Shown: positions 42,501-52,962, counted from the stretch's first letter. The stretch: DNA of 64,000 nt from Patescibacteria group bacterium (GCA_041658665.1 JBAZZR010000001.1:64576-128575), one strand, 5' to 3'. Notes: generated by a model not told the origin, from the sequence alone. Made by a program: numbers and translations.

Positions 42501-43214
42501 ATGTATAATTCTAAAAAAATTATCGTGGTCTTGCCGGCGTATAACGCGGTGTCGACTTTAGAAAAAACCGTTAAAGATCTCCCGTCTCTCGTCGACGAAA
42601 TAATCCTAGTCGACGATAAAAGCACGGATCAGACCGCTCAATTAGCTAAGCGGCTCGGCCTAGTTGTCTTCGAGCATGTTAAGAATTTAGGTTATGGTGG
42701 CAATCAGAAGACTTGTTATCGCCTCGCCTTAGAGCGGGGCGCCGATATTATCGTGATGGTTCATCCCGACTATCAATATGACCCTCATCTGGTGAAATAT
42801 TTTGCTGAGTTTATTGGCGATAATTATTTCGATGTGATGCTCGGTTCGCGAATTCGCTCCCGTCGGGAAACTTTGGCGGGCGGGATGCCGCACTATAAAT
42901 ATTTAGCCAATCGCGTTCTAACTATTTTTGAAAATATTGTCAGCGGGTATAACTTATCGGAGTGGCATACCGGTATGCGCGCTTATGCTCGTCCAGTTTT
43001 AGAAAATATTAATTGGCAGAATAATTCTAATGATTTTGTTTTTGATAGCCAAGTTCTATTTCAGATTGTCGCTAAGCAATACCGCATTGGGGAGATCCCT
43101 GTACCGGTTCGTTATTTTAAAGAAGCCTCGTCGATTAATTTTTCTCGCAGTTTGCAATATGGCTTCGGGACGGTTTGGACGGGTTTAAAATATTTTTTTG
43201 GTTTATTAAAATAA
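42501..43214 (+). CDS. family 2 glycosyltransferase
   Basis: IIVVLPAYNA...ILVDDKSTDQT, a GT-A fold DxD-type signature. Confidence 0.8.
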   Translation: MYNSKKIIVVLPAYNAVSTLEKTVKDLPSLVDEIILVDDKSTDQTAQLAKRLGLVVFEHVKNLGYGGNQKTCYRLALERGADIIVMVHPDYQYDPHLVKYFAEFIGDNYFDVMLGSRIRSRRETLAGGMPHYKYLANRVLTIFENIVSGYNLSEWHTGMRAYARPVLENINWQNNSNDFVFDSQVLFQIVAKQYRIGEIPVPVRYFKEASSINFSRSLQYGFGTVWTGLKYFFGLLK

Positions 43215-43250
43215 TAGCGTTAGAAATTAGTTTTTACTGACTATAATATT

Positions 43251-44828
43251 ATGGAGGAGGCTACTTATAAAAATGAGCGATGGAGTATTTTACGGTCTTG
43301 GCGTCCGTACGGCTTAATTTTAGTCGTCGGTTTTTTATTATATAGCCGTAGTCTGCTATTTGATTTTACTTATTTTGACGACAGTACTTTAATTTTAGAT
43401 AATTTTTCTTTTTTGCAGCGTTTCCAGAATATCGGCGCTATTTTTGCGACCGATGTTTTTTTAAGTAATGCCCGATTTTATTATCGGCCCCTACTTAATT
43501 TAACTTTCATGTTAGAGGCGCAGATCGCTGGAGTTTTGCCATTTTTTTATCATTTATCTAATATCATTATTCATGTTTTGGCGGCCGGTTTATTGTTTTA
43601 TTTATTAGATCGTCTTAGCCGGCGGCGCCCCTTAGCCCTAATCTTATCCCTTATTTTTTTAGTTCATCCGGTTTTAGTATCAGCCGTTGTCTGGATCCCG
43701 GGGCGTAATGATTCACTGTTAGCGGTTTTTATTTTAGCCGCCTTTATTTCTTTCCTTCATTTTTTGGATCGTCCGCGTTTGATAAGCTATTTGGCCTTTT
43801 TATTTTTTTTCTTAGCCGCCCTGTTCACTAAAGAGAGCGCGGTGGCCTTGCCCTTATTAATGTTAGTTTATGCGGGACTCATTAAACCGGGAAATTTATT
43901 GCGCTCTGATAAGTATTTATTACTACTAGGCACTGGCGTGACCGGTTTTATTTGGTTTTTAATGCGTCAGCTCGCTCTGAGCGGTCACCCCTTAAATTAT
44001 TGGGAGGCGATTACCACTCTGGCTAAAAATTGGCCGGCCCTTATTTTAGATCTTGGTAAGTTAATTTTTCCGTTTAATTTATCGGTTTTACCGGTTCTCG
44101 CCGATTCTAATTTAGTCTACGGTTTCTTAGCGCTAGCGGTGTTTATCGCGGCGATTTATTATTTATCTTTTAATAGTAAGCGACGAGCGGCTTTTGGCTG
44201 GCTGTGGTTTTTTCTGTTTCTGGCGCCTTCTTTTATTTATTTCAGTCGCCAGCCCGATTTTTTAGAGCACCGTCTCTACTTACCTTTCATCGGGTTTTTA
44301 ATTTTTTTATCAGAAGCGAAAATTTTGACCGATTTAAACTGGTTACGTCGTTTAGTGCGCGGGGGCGTCTGCCTAATTCTACTATTTTTGGCGGTTTTAA
44401 ATCTGCGCCAAGGTGCTTATTTTAGCGATCGACTAACTTTTTGGAATCGGGCGGTTTTAGATTCGCCTCATTCCGCTCTCGCCCAGCGTAATTTAGGGGT
44501 GATGTTATATTTTGAGGGCGATTTAGAGGCGGCGATTAGACACTATCGTCAAGCTCTAGAGATTAATCCCCAGGAAGTGATGGTTCATAATAATTTAGGA
44601 GTTATTTATTTAGCACGGAAAGAATATCCTCAGGCGGAAAAAGAGTTTAAGCAGGAACTACAATTTAACCCTAATTATGATAAAGCGCTCTTTAACCTGG
44701 GTGATTTAGCTTATCGGCGCGGTCGTTTTTTTGAAGCGCGTGATTTTTTTGCTGCCACGCTCAGAGCTAATCCTAATTATTCCGAGGCCCAGCAGCGCTT
44801 GCTTATTTTAAATGATCGGTTAAGATAG
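43251..44828 (+). CDS. polytopic membrane protein with C-terminal TPR repeats (GT-C / PMT-like glycosyltransferase candidate)
   Basis: About 10 TM helices followed by TPR repeats (AIRHYRQALEINP, AEKEFKQELQFNPNY, ARDFFAATLRANPNY). Sits next to the GT2 gene. Confidence 0.55.
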   Translation: MEEATYKNERWSILRSWRPYGLILVVGFLLYSRSLLFDFTYFDDSTLILDNFSFLQRFQNIGAIFATDVFLSNARFYYRPLLNLTFMLEAQIAGVLPFFYHLSNIIIHVLAAGLLFYLLDRLSRRRPLALILSLIFLVHPVLVSAVVWIPGRNDSLLAVFILAAFISFLHFLDRPRLISYLAFLFFFLAALFTKESAVALPLLMLVYAGLIKPGNLLRSDKYLLLLGTGVTGFIWFLMRQLALSGHPLNYWEAITTLAKNWPALILDLGKLIFPFNLSVLPVLADSNLVYGFLALAVFIAAIYYLSFNSKRRAAFGWLWFFLFLAPSFIYFSRQPDFLEHRLYLPFIGFLIFLSEAKILTDLNWLRRLVRGGVCLILLFLAVLNLRQGAYFSDRLTFWNRAVLDSPHSALAQRNLGVMLYFEGDLEAAIRHYRQALEINPQEVMVHNNLGVIYLARKEYPQAEKEFKQELQFNPNYDKALFNLGDLAYRRGRFFEARDFFAATLRANPNYSEAQQRLLILNDRLR

Positions 44829-44865
44829 TAAGGGTCAATTATAACTATTATGTTCAAGTGTCATT

Positions 44866-46527
44866 ATGTTTAAGCGTATTTTTAAACAACAAATTAATAG
44901 TATTACGGTCGCGGCCATTCTGGTCGCCCTTTCCTCTCTCGCCTCTCGCTTTTTAGGCGTTTTTCGTGATCATATTTTAGCCGGCCAGTTTGGCGCCGGA
45001 GAATATCTCGATATTTATTATGCTTCTTTTCGTATTCCTGATCTAATATATAATTTAATAGTACTCGGCGCCTTATCGGCCGGTTTTATTCCGATTTTTA
45101 CTTCTTTGATTAAAAATTTTGCCGGGGATAAAAAAGATGAGGAAGAGCCGGCCAATTCTAATCAAGAGCCAGCTAATCAAGGAGCTTGGAATCTCGCCAG
45201 TAATGTTTTAAATTTTTTATTTTTAGGCTTATCTTTTTTATCTATTTTAGGCATTATTTTTGCACCGGCTTTAACACGTTTAATCACCCCCGGTTTTAGT
45301 CCGGAACAGCAAGCGATAACCGCCTCGCTAACTCGAATAATGTTTTTGTCGCCGGTATTTTTAGGAATATCCGGCATTCTGGGCGGAGTACTGCAGTCTT
45401 TTAAAAGATTCTTGATTTATGCTTTAGCCCCGGTTTTTTATAATTTAGGAATTATTGTTGGCGCTTTATTTTTTGTGGGTATTTGGGGTATCGCCGGTTT
45501 AGCTTGGGGGGTTGTTTTAGGGGCTTTTTTACATATGGCCATTCAATTGCCGACCGTTTTTGCCTTAGGGTTTCGTTATAAATGGGGTTGGCGCTGGCAC
45601 GACTTAGCCACGGCTAAGATCGGTTGGCTAATGATTCCGCGGACACTAAGTTTAGCGGTTTCGCAAATTAATTTAGTAATTGTGACGATTATTGCCTCTA
45701 ATTTATCGAGCGGATCTTTAGCGGTTTTTAATTTTGCTAATAATTTACAATCTTTTCCCATTGGTATTTTCGGAGTTTCTTTCGCCATCGCCGCTTTTCC
45801 TTCTTTAGCCGCCGTGGCTTTCGATAAAGAACGTCTTAACGCTAATTTTTCCCAGACTTTTCGGCAAATTCTTTTTTTTATTATTCCGGCGACGGTTTTA
45901 ATTATCGCTTTGCGAGCGCAAATAATTAGAGTAGTTTTAGGGGCGGGAAAGTTTGATTGGCAGGACACTATCTTAACTATGGATACTTTAGGTTTTTTCG
46001 CTTTTAGTTTATTCGCGCAGGCGACGATTCCTTTATTAGTGCGAGTTTTCTACGCCCGTCATAATTCCACGATTCCGTTTTATATCGGTTTAATTACCGT
46101 CGGCGTTAATACGGTTTTAGCCTGGTGGCTAGCACCGCGTTTAGGCGTCAGCGGGTTAGCCCTCGCTTACTCTATTGATAATATTTTGAATTTTATTTTA
46201 CTCTGGGTTTGTCTTTATTTTCTGGTCGGTATATCTAATCTTCGCCAGATTAGTTTCGCGGTGTTAAAATTTATTATTGGTGCTCTCGCCGCCGGTATTG
46301 CGGCCCAGTTGACTAAAATTTTAATTTGGCCCTTAATAGACATGGCGAGATTTAGTGGCGTCTTTATTCAATTACTGGCGGCCTCTTCAGTCGGTATTTT
46401 AGTTTATTTAGTTTTCTGTTATTTATTAGGGAGTGAAGAATTATTTGGTTTCTTAGAAGCGCTCAAGAGTCGTTTGTCCTTCAAGAAAGTCGGGCTTGAT
46501 GATCAAGGGGAAGCGCGGGGAGTTTAG
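44866..46527 (+). CDS. murJ: lipid II flippase MurJ (MviN family)
   Basis: N-terminal SRFLGVFRDHILAGQFGAG...LDIYYASFRIPDLIYNL signature and about 14 TM helices. Confidence 0.85.
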   Translation: MFKRIFKQQINSITVAAILVALSSLASRFLGVFRDHILAGQFGAGEYLDIYYASFRIPDLIYNLIVLGALSAGFIPIFTSLIKNFAGDKKDEEEPANSNQEPANQGAWNLASNVLNFLFLGLSFLSILGIIFAPALTRLITPGFSPEQQAITASLTRIMFLSPVFLGISGILGGVLQSFKRFLIYALAPVFYNLGIIVGALFFVGIWGIAGLAWGVVLGAFLHMAIQLPTVFALGFRYKWGWRWHDLATAKIGWLMIPRTLSLAVSQINLVIVTIIASNLSSGSLAVFNFANNLQSFPIGIFGVSFAIAAFPSLAAVAFDKERLNANFSQTFRQILFFIIPATVLIIALRAQIIRVVLGAGKFDWQDTILTMDTLGFFAFSLFAQATIPLLVRVFYARHNSTIPFYIGLITVGVNTVLAWWLAPRLGVSGLALAYSIDNILNFILLWVCLYFLVGISNLRQISFAVLKFIIGALAAGIAAQLTKILIWPLIDMARFSGVFIQLLAASSVGILVYLVFCYLLGSEELFGFLEALKSRLSFKKVGLDDQGEARGV

Positions 46528-46553
46528 AAATTTTTTTAAAATAATAAGATCTC

Positions 46554-48386
46554 ATGATTGAAGAAATAAAAAAAATTAGAAATTTTTGCATTATCGCTCA
46601 TATTGATCACGGTAAGTCTACTTTAGCTGACCGCATGTTGGAAATTACCAATACGGTTGAAAAACGGAAGATGAAGGATCAGATTCTAGACGGAATGGAT
46701 ATTGAACGGGAGCGGGGAATTACTATTAAATTACAGCCGGTGACCATGCAATATCAGGGTTATCAATTAAATTTAATCGATACGCCCGGTCACGTAGACT
46801 TTTCCTATGAAGTTTCGCGATCTTTAGCGGCAGTGGAAACGGCCGTTTTATTGGTTGATTCGACGCAGGGTATTCAAGCACAAACTCTAGCTAATTTATA
46901 TTTAGCCTTAGAACAAAATTTAACGATTATTCCGGTGGTTAATAAAATTGACTTGCCCGCGGCCGATGTCGTTAGGACTAAACGGGAAATAGTTGAACTC
47001 CTGGGCTGCCTGGAGGAAGAAATTATTTGTTCCTCCGGAAAAACCGGAGTCGGAGTCACGGAAATATTAGATGAAGTTATTGCGCGGGGACGTTTTCCGC
47101 AAGAGACAGTCTTAGAAAAAGGACGGCTGGATGATAACTATCCGCGCGCTTTGATTTTTGATTCGAAATATGATATTTATCGAGGCGTTGTCGCCTATAT
47201 CCGTGTTTTTAATGGTTCGCTAAAAAAAGGAGATAATATTAGATTACTCGCGACTGGGGCCACTAGTGAAATTATTGATTGCGGTATTTTTCGGCCCGAT
47301 TATTTTTCGACCGGCGAATTAAAAGCCGGGGCAATCGGTTATGTTATTACCGGTTTTAAGGCGGTGGTCGATTGTCGAGTAGGCGATACTTTAACCGCTA
47401 AGGCGGGCGCTCTTAACCCTGATTCTTTAACGCCCTTAGCGGGTTACAAGGAAGTGAGACCAATGGTTTTTGCGGGCGTTTTTCCGCGCGAGGGTAACGA
47501 TTTTAAAGAACTACGCGAAGCGATGGAAAAATTAAAACTAAATGACGCCGCTCTAGTTTATGAGCCGGAAAGATCAGACGCCCTGGGTTTTGGTTTTCGT
47601 TGCGGCTTTTTAGGACTACTTCATCTCGAGGTTTTTCAGGAGCGGCTACGGCGGGAGTATAACCTGGATTTAATTGTGACTGTTCCGAGCGTTGCTTATA
47701 AGATTTTTAAGTCTAATGGTGAAGAGGTAATTATTAGAACGCCCCAGAGTCTGCCGGAGCCTAATCAGGTTTTAAAAATTGAAGAACCGTGGGTTAAACT
47801 TGATATTGTTACGCCGAAGGCTTATTTAGGTAATGTCATAAAATTAGCTCAAGAAAAGAGGGGGATTTATAAAAATACCGAATATATTTCGGCTGACGAC
47901 GATAGTCGGGTTTTATTGCATTATGAAATTCCTTTAGCGGCGATTTTAACGGATTTTTATGATAAAATAAAAAGTGTTTCTTCGGGTTACGCTTCAATTA
48001 ATTATGATTATTTAGATTATCGGCCGGCGGACGTTGTGAAAATGGATATTATGGTGGCCGATGATATTATCGAGTCTTTAGCCACGATTGTTTATCAGGA
48101 TGACGCTTATCGTCAGGGCCGAGAAATCGTTGATATTCTTAAAGATAATTTAGCTCGCCAGATGTTCGCGATTAAAATTCAAGCGGCTATCGGCAGTAAA
48201 ATTATTGCTTCGGAAAAATTATCAGCTTTACGTAAAGATGTGACGGCCAAACTTTATGGCGGTGATGTTAGCCGGAAGCGGAAGCTTTTAGAAAAACAGA
48301 AAAAGGGGAAGAAAAAAATGATGATCGCGGGTAAGGGGAGCGTCGACATACCGCCGAGTGCCTTTGTTAAAATTTTAAAAAGATAA
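46554..48386 (+). CDS. lepA: translation elongation factor 4 (LepA)
   Basis: G-domain IRNFCIIAHIDHGKSTLADR, DTPGHVDF, NKID, and the LepA-specific C-terminal domain. Confidence 0.97.
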   Translation: MIEEIKKIRNFCIIAHIDHGKSTLADRMLEITNTVEKRKMKDQILDGMDIERERGITIKLQPVTMQYQGYQLNLIDTPGHVDFSYEVSRSLAAVETAVLLVDSTQGIQAQTLANLYLALEQNLTIIPVVNKIDLPAADVVRTKREIVELLGCLEEEIICSSGKTGVGVTEILDEVIARGRFPQETVLEKGRLDDNYPRALIFDSKYDIYRGVVAYIRVFNGSLKKGDNIRLLATGATSEIIDCGIFRPDYFSTGELKAGAIGYVITGFKAVVDCRVGDTLTAKAGALNPDSLTPLAGYKEVRPMVFAGVFPREGNDFKELREAMEKLKLNDAALVYEPERSDALGFGFRCGFLGLLHLEVFQERLRREYNLDLIVTVPSVAYKIFKSNGEEVIIRTPQSLPEPNQVLKIEEPWVKLDIVTPKAYLGNVIKLAQEKRGIYKNTEYISADDDSRVLLHYEIPLAAILTDFYDKIKSVSSGYASINYDYLDYRPADVVKMDIMVADDIIESLATIVYQDDAYRQGREIVDILKDNLARQMFAIKIQAAIGSKIIASEKLSALRKDVTAKLYGGDVSRKRKLLEKQKKGKKKMMIAGKGSVDIPPSAFVKILKR

Positions 48387-48391
48387 TTTTT

Positions 48392-48490
48392 ATGAAAAAA
48401 CAAAAAATAATTAAAACGCTCTGGATAATCATCTCTTTTATCGTCGTTATTTCAATGGTCGTTTGGAGCGTCGGTATCGGTTTTTACTAG
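48392..48490 (+). CDS. possible 32-aa membrane peptide (below the ORF-track cutoff)
   Basis: MKKQKIIKTLWIIISFIVVISMVVWSVGIGFY forms a single hydrophobic helix. It lies in the intergenic gap between lepA and recJ. Confidence 0.3.
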   Translation: MKKQKIIKTLWIIISFIVVISMVVWSVGIGFY

Positions 48491-48511
48491 AGTCTAAATA
48501 TTAGCTTATGA

Positions 48512-50350
48512 ATGCTTATGACTAAACAGTGGCAGTTGCTGCCCCAGATTTCTTCGGATTTTATTAAGGCTAATCCGACGATTAGTCCAGTCCTTTTGCA
48601 ATTATTATTTAATCGTGGTTTGAAGGAAAAGGCCGCGATTAGCGAATTTTTAAGTGGCCACTTAACGGAGGGGTTATTAGCGATAATTGGCGGCGAGAGC
48701 GTCCCGGCTTTTTATGATCCTTTTTTATTTAAGAATATGGCGGCGGTCGTCGATTTGATTATTAAACATATTAAAGCGAAAAATAAGATTATCGTCTATG
48801 GTGATTATGATGCGGACGGTGTTACTTCTTCAGTTATTTTATCAGAGACTTTAGAGATTTTACACGGTCAAGTGGAAGTTTATTTACCCGATCGAGTGAC
48901 GGAGGGTTACGGACTCAATAAAGCGGCCATTAATCAGATTTTTACTCAAGGCGGGAAATTAATTATTACGGTTGATAACGGTATTCGTAATAAAGAAGAA
49001 GTGGCTTACGCTCAGAAACTCGGTCTCGATATTATTATTACCGATCATCACGTTTTACCCGAAGAAATTAAAGATCTTCCCGATTGCCTGTACATCAATC
49101 CTTCCGATCCTAACGATAAATATCCTTGGCGTTATTTAGCCGGTGTCGGAGTCGCTTATAAATTAGTGAGCGCTCTTTTAATAAAAGCTAATTTAGATGT
49201 TAAACAAAAACAGCTAATTAGTGAAAAATGTTTGGATTTAGTGGCGGTCGGAACTATCGCCGATATGGTTAGCCTTTTGGGAGAGAATCGGATTTTAGTG
49301 CGCGCGGGTTTACGTATTCTGAATCAAAATAAACGTTTAGGTTTATTAGAACTTATAAAAATTTCTAAAATAAATCAGGCGAAGGAATTAGAGGCTTGGA
49401 ATGTTGGTTGGCAAATCGGTCCGCGTCTTAATGCCGCCAGTCGTTTAGCTCACGCCAATACGGCTTTTGCGCTGCTCAACACGACCGATATTGAGGAAGC
49501 TAAAGAATTAGCTAGCGAACTCAATCAACGAAATTTAAGCCGTCAAAAAATTACGGAAGAAATGACCGCGGCCGTTGAAGCGCAAATTGATCCGAATAAT
49601 TTACCTTTGATTATTATTGGTGTGGCCGGAGAGAATGAGGTTTGGAACGAAGGAATCGTTGGACTAGTCGCCGGGCGAATCGCCGAAAAATATTATCGGC
49701 CGACACTTGTTATTGCGCGCTTAGTAGAAGAAGCCGAATTCGATCCGCAAGCGAAAAAATTAATTCCTAAAAAATTAGCTTTTAAGGGTTCTGGACGATC
49801 GGTTGAAGAGTTTAATTTGATTAAAGCCGTGGAGGCGAGCGCTGCGTTCGTTGATAAGTACGGCGGTCATCCGATGGCTTGTGGTTTTTTTATTAAAGGC
49901 GAAGCTAATTTACAAGCCTTTAAAGATAATATTTTAACGCTCGCCGCTCAAGGTTTAAAGTCCGAAAATTTAGTACCGAAATTGAAAATCGAACAAGTCT
50001 TAAAATTCGCTGAGCTTAATTTAGAATTAGCGCAACAAATAAATTCTTTAGCGCCCTTCGGTCAGAATAATCCCCAGCCTCGCTTGGTTAGTTATAATTT
50101 ACGTCTGGACGATATTGTGACTATGGGATTTGATAATCAGCATATCAAATTCCGTTTATCTAGTTTAGACGAGTTAAGTGGCCGTTCGCAGGCTTATTGG
50201 GCCCTGGCTTTCGGCGCGGCCAGTAGTTATAAAAATTTACAAGTTGGCGATTATTTGGATTTAGTTTACTATTTAGAAATAAATGAATTTAATGGTCGCT
50301 CAGAAATACAGCTTAAAATTGTGGATCTTAAGTTAAGAGATAGTAGTTAA
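48512..50350 (+). CDS. recJ: single-stranded-DNA-specific exonuclease RecJ
   Basis: DHH motifs VYGDYDADGVTS and ITDHH, plus DHHA1 GGHPMACG. Confidence 0.93.
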   Translation: MLMTKQWQLLPQISSDFIKANPTISPVLLQLLFNRGLKEKAAISEFLSGHLTEGLLAIIGGESVPAFYDPFLFKNMAAVVDLIIKHIKAKNKIIVYGDYDADGVTSSVILSETLEILHGQVEVYLPDRVTEGYGLNKAAINQIFTQGGKLIITVDNGIRNKEEVAYAQKLGLDIIITDHHVLPEEIKDLPDCLYINPSDPNDKYPWRYLAGVGVAYKLVSALLIKANLDVKQKQLISEKCLDLVAVGTIADMVSLLGENRILVRAGLRILNQNKRLGLLELIKISKINQAKELEAWNVGWQIGPRLNAASRLAHANTAFALLNTTDIEEAKELASELNQRNLSRQKITEEMTAAVEAQIDPNNLPLIIIGVAGENEVWNEGIVGLVAGRIAEKYYRPTLVIARLVEEAEFDPQAKKLIPKKLAFKGSGRSVEEFNLIKAVEASAAFVDKYGGHPMACGFFIKGEANLQAFKDNILTLAAQGLKSENLVPKLKIEQVLKFAELNLELAQQINSLAPFGQNNPQPRLVSYNLRLDDIVTMGFDNQHIKFRLSSLDELSGRSQAYWALAFGAASSYKNLQVGDYLDLVYYLEINEFNGRSEIQLKIVDLKLRDSS

Positions 50351-50367
50351 TTTAATTATTTATATTT

Positions 50368-50775
50368 ATGCCTAAGAAATTAATTATTTATACGGACGGC
50401 GGAGCGCGGGGAAATCCGGGGCCAGCCGGGATTGGCGCGGCGCTTTATAATGATAAACAAGTGCTGGTGGCGACCCTGTCCGAGTATTTAGGAGTAGCGA
50501 CTAATAACCAGGCGGAGTATCGAGCGGTGATTGCGGCTTTTAAAAAAGCCCAGGAGTTGGGCGCCCAGGAAATTGATTTCTATCTTGATAGCGAATTAGT
50601 CGTTAAACAATTAAGACACGAATATAAAGTAAAAAATCAAGACTTAGCGCCTTTATTTTTAACCATTCATAACTTGTCAATAAATTTTCAGAAGTTGAGC
50701 TATACGCACATTCCTCGCGAAAAAAATAAAGTCGCGGATCAGTTAGCTAACGAAGCGATGGATAGAGGCCGCTAA
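50368..50775 (+). CDS. rnhA: ribonuclease HI family protein
   Basis: IYTDGGARGNPGPAGIG, NNQAEYRAVI, DSELVVKQL and ADQLANEA carry the DEDD catalytic residues. Confidence 0.85.
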   Translation: MPKKLIIYTDGGARGNPGPAGIGAALYNDKQVLVATLSEYLGVATNNQAEYRAVIAAFKKAQELGAQEIDFYLDSELVVKQLRHEYKVKNQDLAPLFLTIHNLSINFQKLSYTHIPREKNKVADQLANEAMDRGR

Positions 50776-50776
50776 A

Positions 50777-52084
50777 TTATTGGACATGGATATGACCACC
50801 AGTCGAATAAGTCGTTTTAGTTCCGCTACAACCCAGATATTCGTTTAAGGTTTTGAGGCCGGCTTTTTTAAGAGCCTCGAGTAACTTATTGACGTTCTCG
50901 CAGGTGGCCTCAGCGGTCAGAGCGACATCAACGCAGGCGCCATTATAATGGCATTTACTTTTATGAGTTGACGACGGCGGATAAGCTTCAGTGACCCGCC
51001 ATTTTAATCCGGTGGAATTAGTTAAAGTGTTAATTAATTTAGTATTTAAGGAGGAGTTTACTTGTTTACCATTCTTATAGGGTATTTTTGAGTCTAAAAT
51101 AACACAATTTTCGCAAACAGTTGTGTTATTAATATTTCCTTCGAGCGATTCCGGTTCTAAATCCTGGATGACGCCGATGTCTAAGGGTTTAAAGATAGTC
51201 AGGGCGGGGTTAATTTGATATAAAATTATATAAGAGCAAAATAATATTAATATTCCAGCGAGGCTCCCCGAAATTAATTCTTTTGATTGCGTAATTTTAG
51301 AAGCATCGCCGCCGGAAATAAGCCATAAAACGCCGCCGGCCATAAGAACTAGAGCGGCTAGTATTCCCGCGATACTTAAGCTGTAGTTATAGAGAGCTAA
51401 TAGGTATTCGGATATCCAAGGTACGGAAACCTGAGTTGAGCCGTCCGGATTGACACTGGTGACAAGGGAGCTACTAGGAGTTAATTTAAGGCCGGGAATA
51501 GTTACTTGTATGTCGGGTAAAGTAAATTTTGGTGCGGCGGGAGTTAATTGGATATTAGAAGCCTTGCTGCAACAGCAGATATTATACCTCGGTCTCACGA
51601 CGCTTTCTGGCGGTAGGGTGCATTGGTCTTCCGCTGCTTGATTTTCTAAAGAGCTACAACCGCCGCTGGATTGTTCGCCTTGTCTTGTCGCTGCATCAAC
51701 CACTTTCCAACCGCAGGTGTTGTCACTTAATTTTTTAGATATGCATTGGTTATTAACGGCTTTTTGGTCCTGGTAAAAAATGGTACTAGCATAATCTATC
51801 CGTTTACAAGTTTCGCCGATTAAGTTTTCCGTAGTGATATTACCTGCCTTATCTTTTTTTTCGCAACAGCCAGTAACGTTACCGGCGCAGCAGCATTTAG
51901 CGGTATCGCCGTTTGGTTTAGTCATGCCAGTGCAAGATGTTTCCTGAGAAGCAGCCCAATTATTAGTTGCGCCGATATCTTGACATTGATTATTCAAAGT
52001 CCAGATGCAGTTAGCGCTAGCTTGTTGAGCGAACAGTAGAAGAGAAAATGTTAGAATTAGTTGGACGTATCGTCTCACCTTCAT
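50777..52084 (-). CDS. secreted Cys-rich protein with central VirB2/TrbC-like two-TM pilin module and C-terminal LAS/M15-like peptidase motif
   Basis: Signal peptide. About 23 Cys by my count. The pilin-like block is GILAALVLMAGGVLWLISGGDASKITQSKELISGSLAGILIL. The C-terminus has SKCHYNGACVDV ... GGHIHVQ. The ATGA overlap with the porB stop is at 52081-52084. Confidence 0.65.
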   Translation of the reverse strand: MKVRRYVQLILTFSLLLFAQQASANCIWTLNNQCQDIGATNNWAASQETSCTGMTKPNGDTAKCCCAGNVTGCCEKKDKAGNITTENLIGETCKRIDYASTIFYQDQKAVNNQCISKKLSDNTCGWKVVDAATRQGEQSSGGCSSLENQAAEDQCTLPPESVVRPRYNICCCSKASNIQLTPAAPKFTLPDIQVTIPGLKLTPSSSLVTSVNPDGSTQVSVPWISEYLLALYNYSLSIAGILAALVLMAGGVLWLISGGDASKITQSKELISGSLAGILILFCSYIILYQINPALTIFKPLDIGVIQDLEPESLEGNINNTTVCENCVILDSKIPYKNGKQVNSSLNTKLINTLTNSTGLKWRVTEAYPPSSTHKSKCHYNGACVDVALTAEATCENVNKLLEALKKAGLKTLNEYLGCSGTKTTYSTGGHIHVQ

Positions 52085-52962
52085 ATTTTATATTTTTTAA
52101 TATTTTCGTTCGCTAGATTTTGAATTAAAATAATTTGTTGTTCGTCCAGATGTTTAAAGCGCCCCTGTTTTTCTAGGTATTCTTTAACTGGTTTAGGAAT
52201 AAATCCGTCTTTAATACTGGAAGCGCTTAATTTCCCGTCTTGATATTCTAAGAGCGGATAGAGGCCGGTTTGGACCGCTAATTTTCCCATCATTACCGCT
52301 TCGTCATTGTTAATTCGCCAGCCCGGCATGCAGGGCGATAATATTTGAATGTAGCTGGGACCGGATATGCTTAGAGCTCTTTTAACTTTATTAGTAATAT
52401 CGTCAGGAAAGCCAGCGCTAGCTTGAGCGGCGTAGCGGAGGCCATGCGCTAAGGCAATCGCCAGCATATCTTTTTTACTTTGGTTGGAGCCAATAGATTT
52501 TTGTCCACTCGGTGTGGTTGTTGTACTCGCGCCGTAGGGAGTCGCGCCCGAAGCCTGAATTCCAGTATTAGAATAAGCTTCGGTATCATAACAGATATAG
52601 AGAATATTTTCTTGACGTTCCCACATGCCGCTAATAAGTCCTAAACCGATATCATAGGTTCCGCCGTCGCCGGCTTGAACCACGACTTTTATTGTTTTAT
52701 TATTTTTTTGTTTTAAAGCGGCTTGTATTCCGGAGGCAACGCTAGAGGCATTTTCAAAAAGAGAATGAATCCAGGGCAAGCCCCAGGCGCTATTAGGATA
52801 AGCGCTGGTTGTTACTTCTAAGCAGCCAGTCGCATTAGCAATTATAGTATTCTTATCTAGTCCGCGCATGACCGCTTGCGCCGCGACTAATTCGCCGCAA
52901 CCGGCACAGGCGCTGTGACCAGGGGAGAGAAAATTTTTTTTATTTTTTTCTGAGTTAATCAT
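52081..52962 (-). CDS. porB: 2-oxoacid:ferredoxin oxidoreductase beta subunit (TPP-binding)
   Basis: GHSACAGCGE and GDGGTYDIG motifs. I prefer the ATG at 52962 (MINSEKNK...). The ORF-track start at 53055 overlaps the upstream gene by 83 nt. Confidence 0.85.
   Translation of the reverse strand: MINSEKNKKNFLSPGHSACAGCGELVAAQAVMRGLDKNTIIANATGCLEVTTSAYPNSAWGLPWIHSLFENASSVASGIQAALKQKNNKTIKVVVQAGDGGTYDIGLGLISGMWERQENILYICYDTEAYSNTGIQASGATPYGASTTTTPSGQKSIGSNQSKKDMLAIALAHGLRYAAQASAGFPDDITNKVKRALSISGPSYIQILSPCMPGWRINNDEAVMMGKLAVQTGLYPLLEYQDGKLSASSIKDGFIPKPVKEYLEKQGRFKHLDEQQIILIQNLANENIKKYKI

Noticed and set aside
45576-45968. This is a 130-aa antisense ORF inside murJ. Similar shadow ORFs lie in rpoB, rpoC, acd, lepA, leuS, rsmA, the por genes and the Cys-rich genes: 33694..33969, 35719..36006, 37847..38116, 38125..38412, 40670..40975, 44204..44425, 45177..45377, 46874..47059, 51450..51641, 53299..53556, 53333..53596, 53538..53789, 54946..55152, 55320..55535, 57393..57593, 59354..59596, 59741..59923 and 60870..61091.
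   Set aside because: They overlap confidently identified conserved genes on the opposite strand or in another frame.
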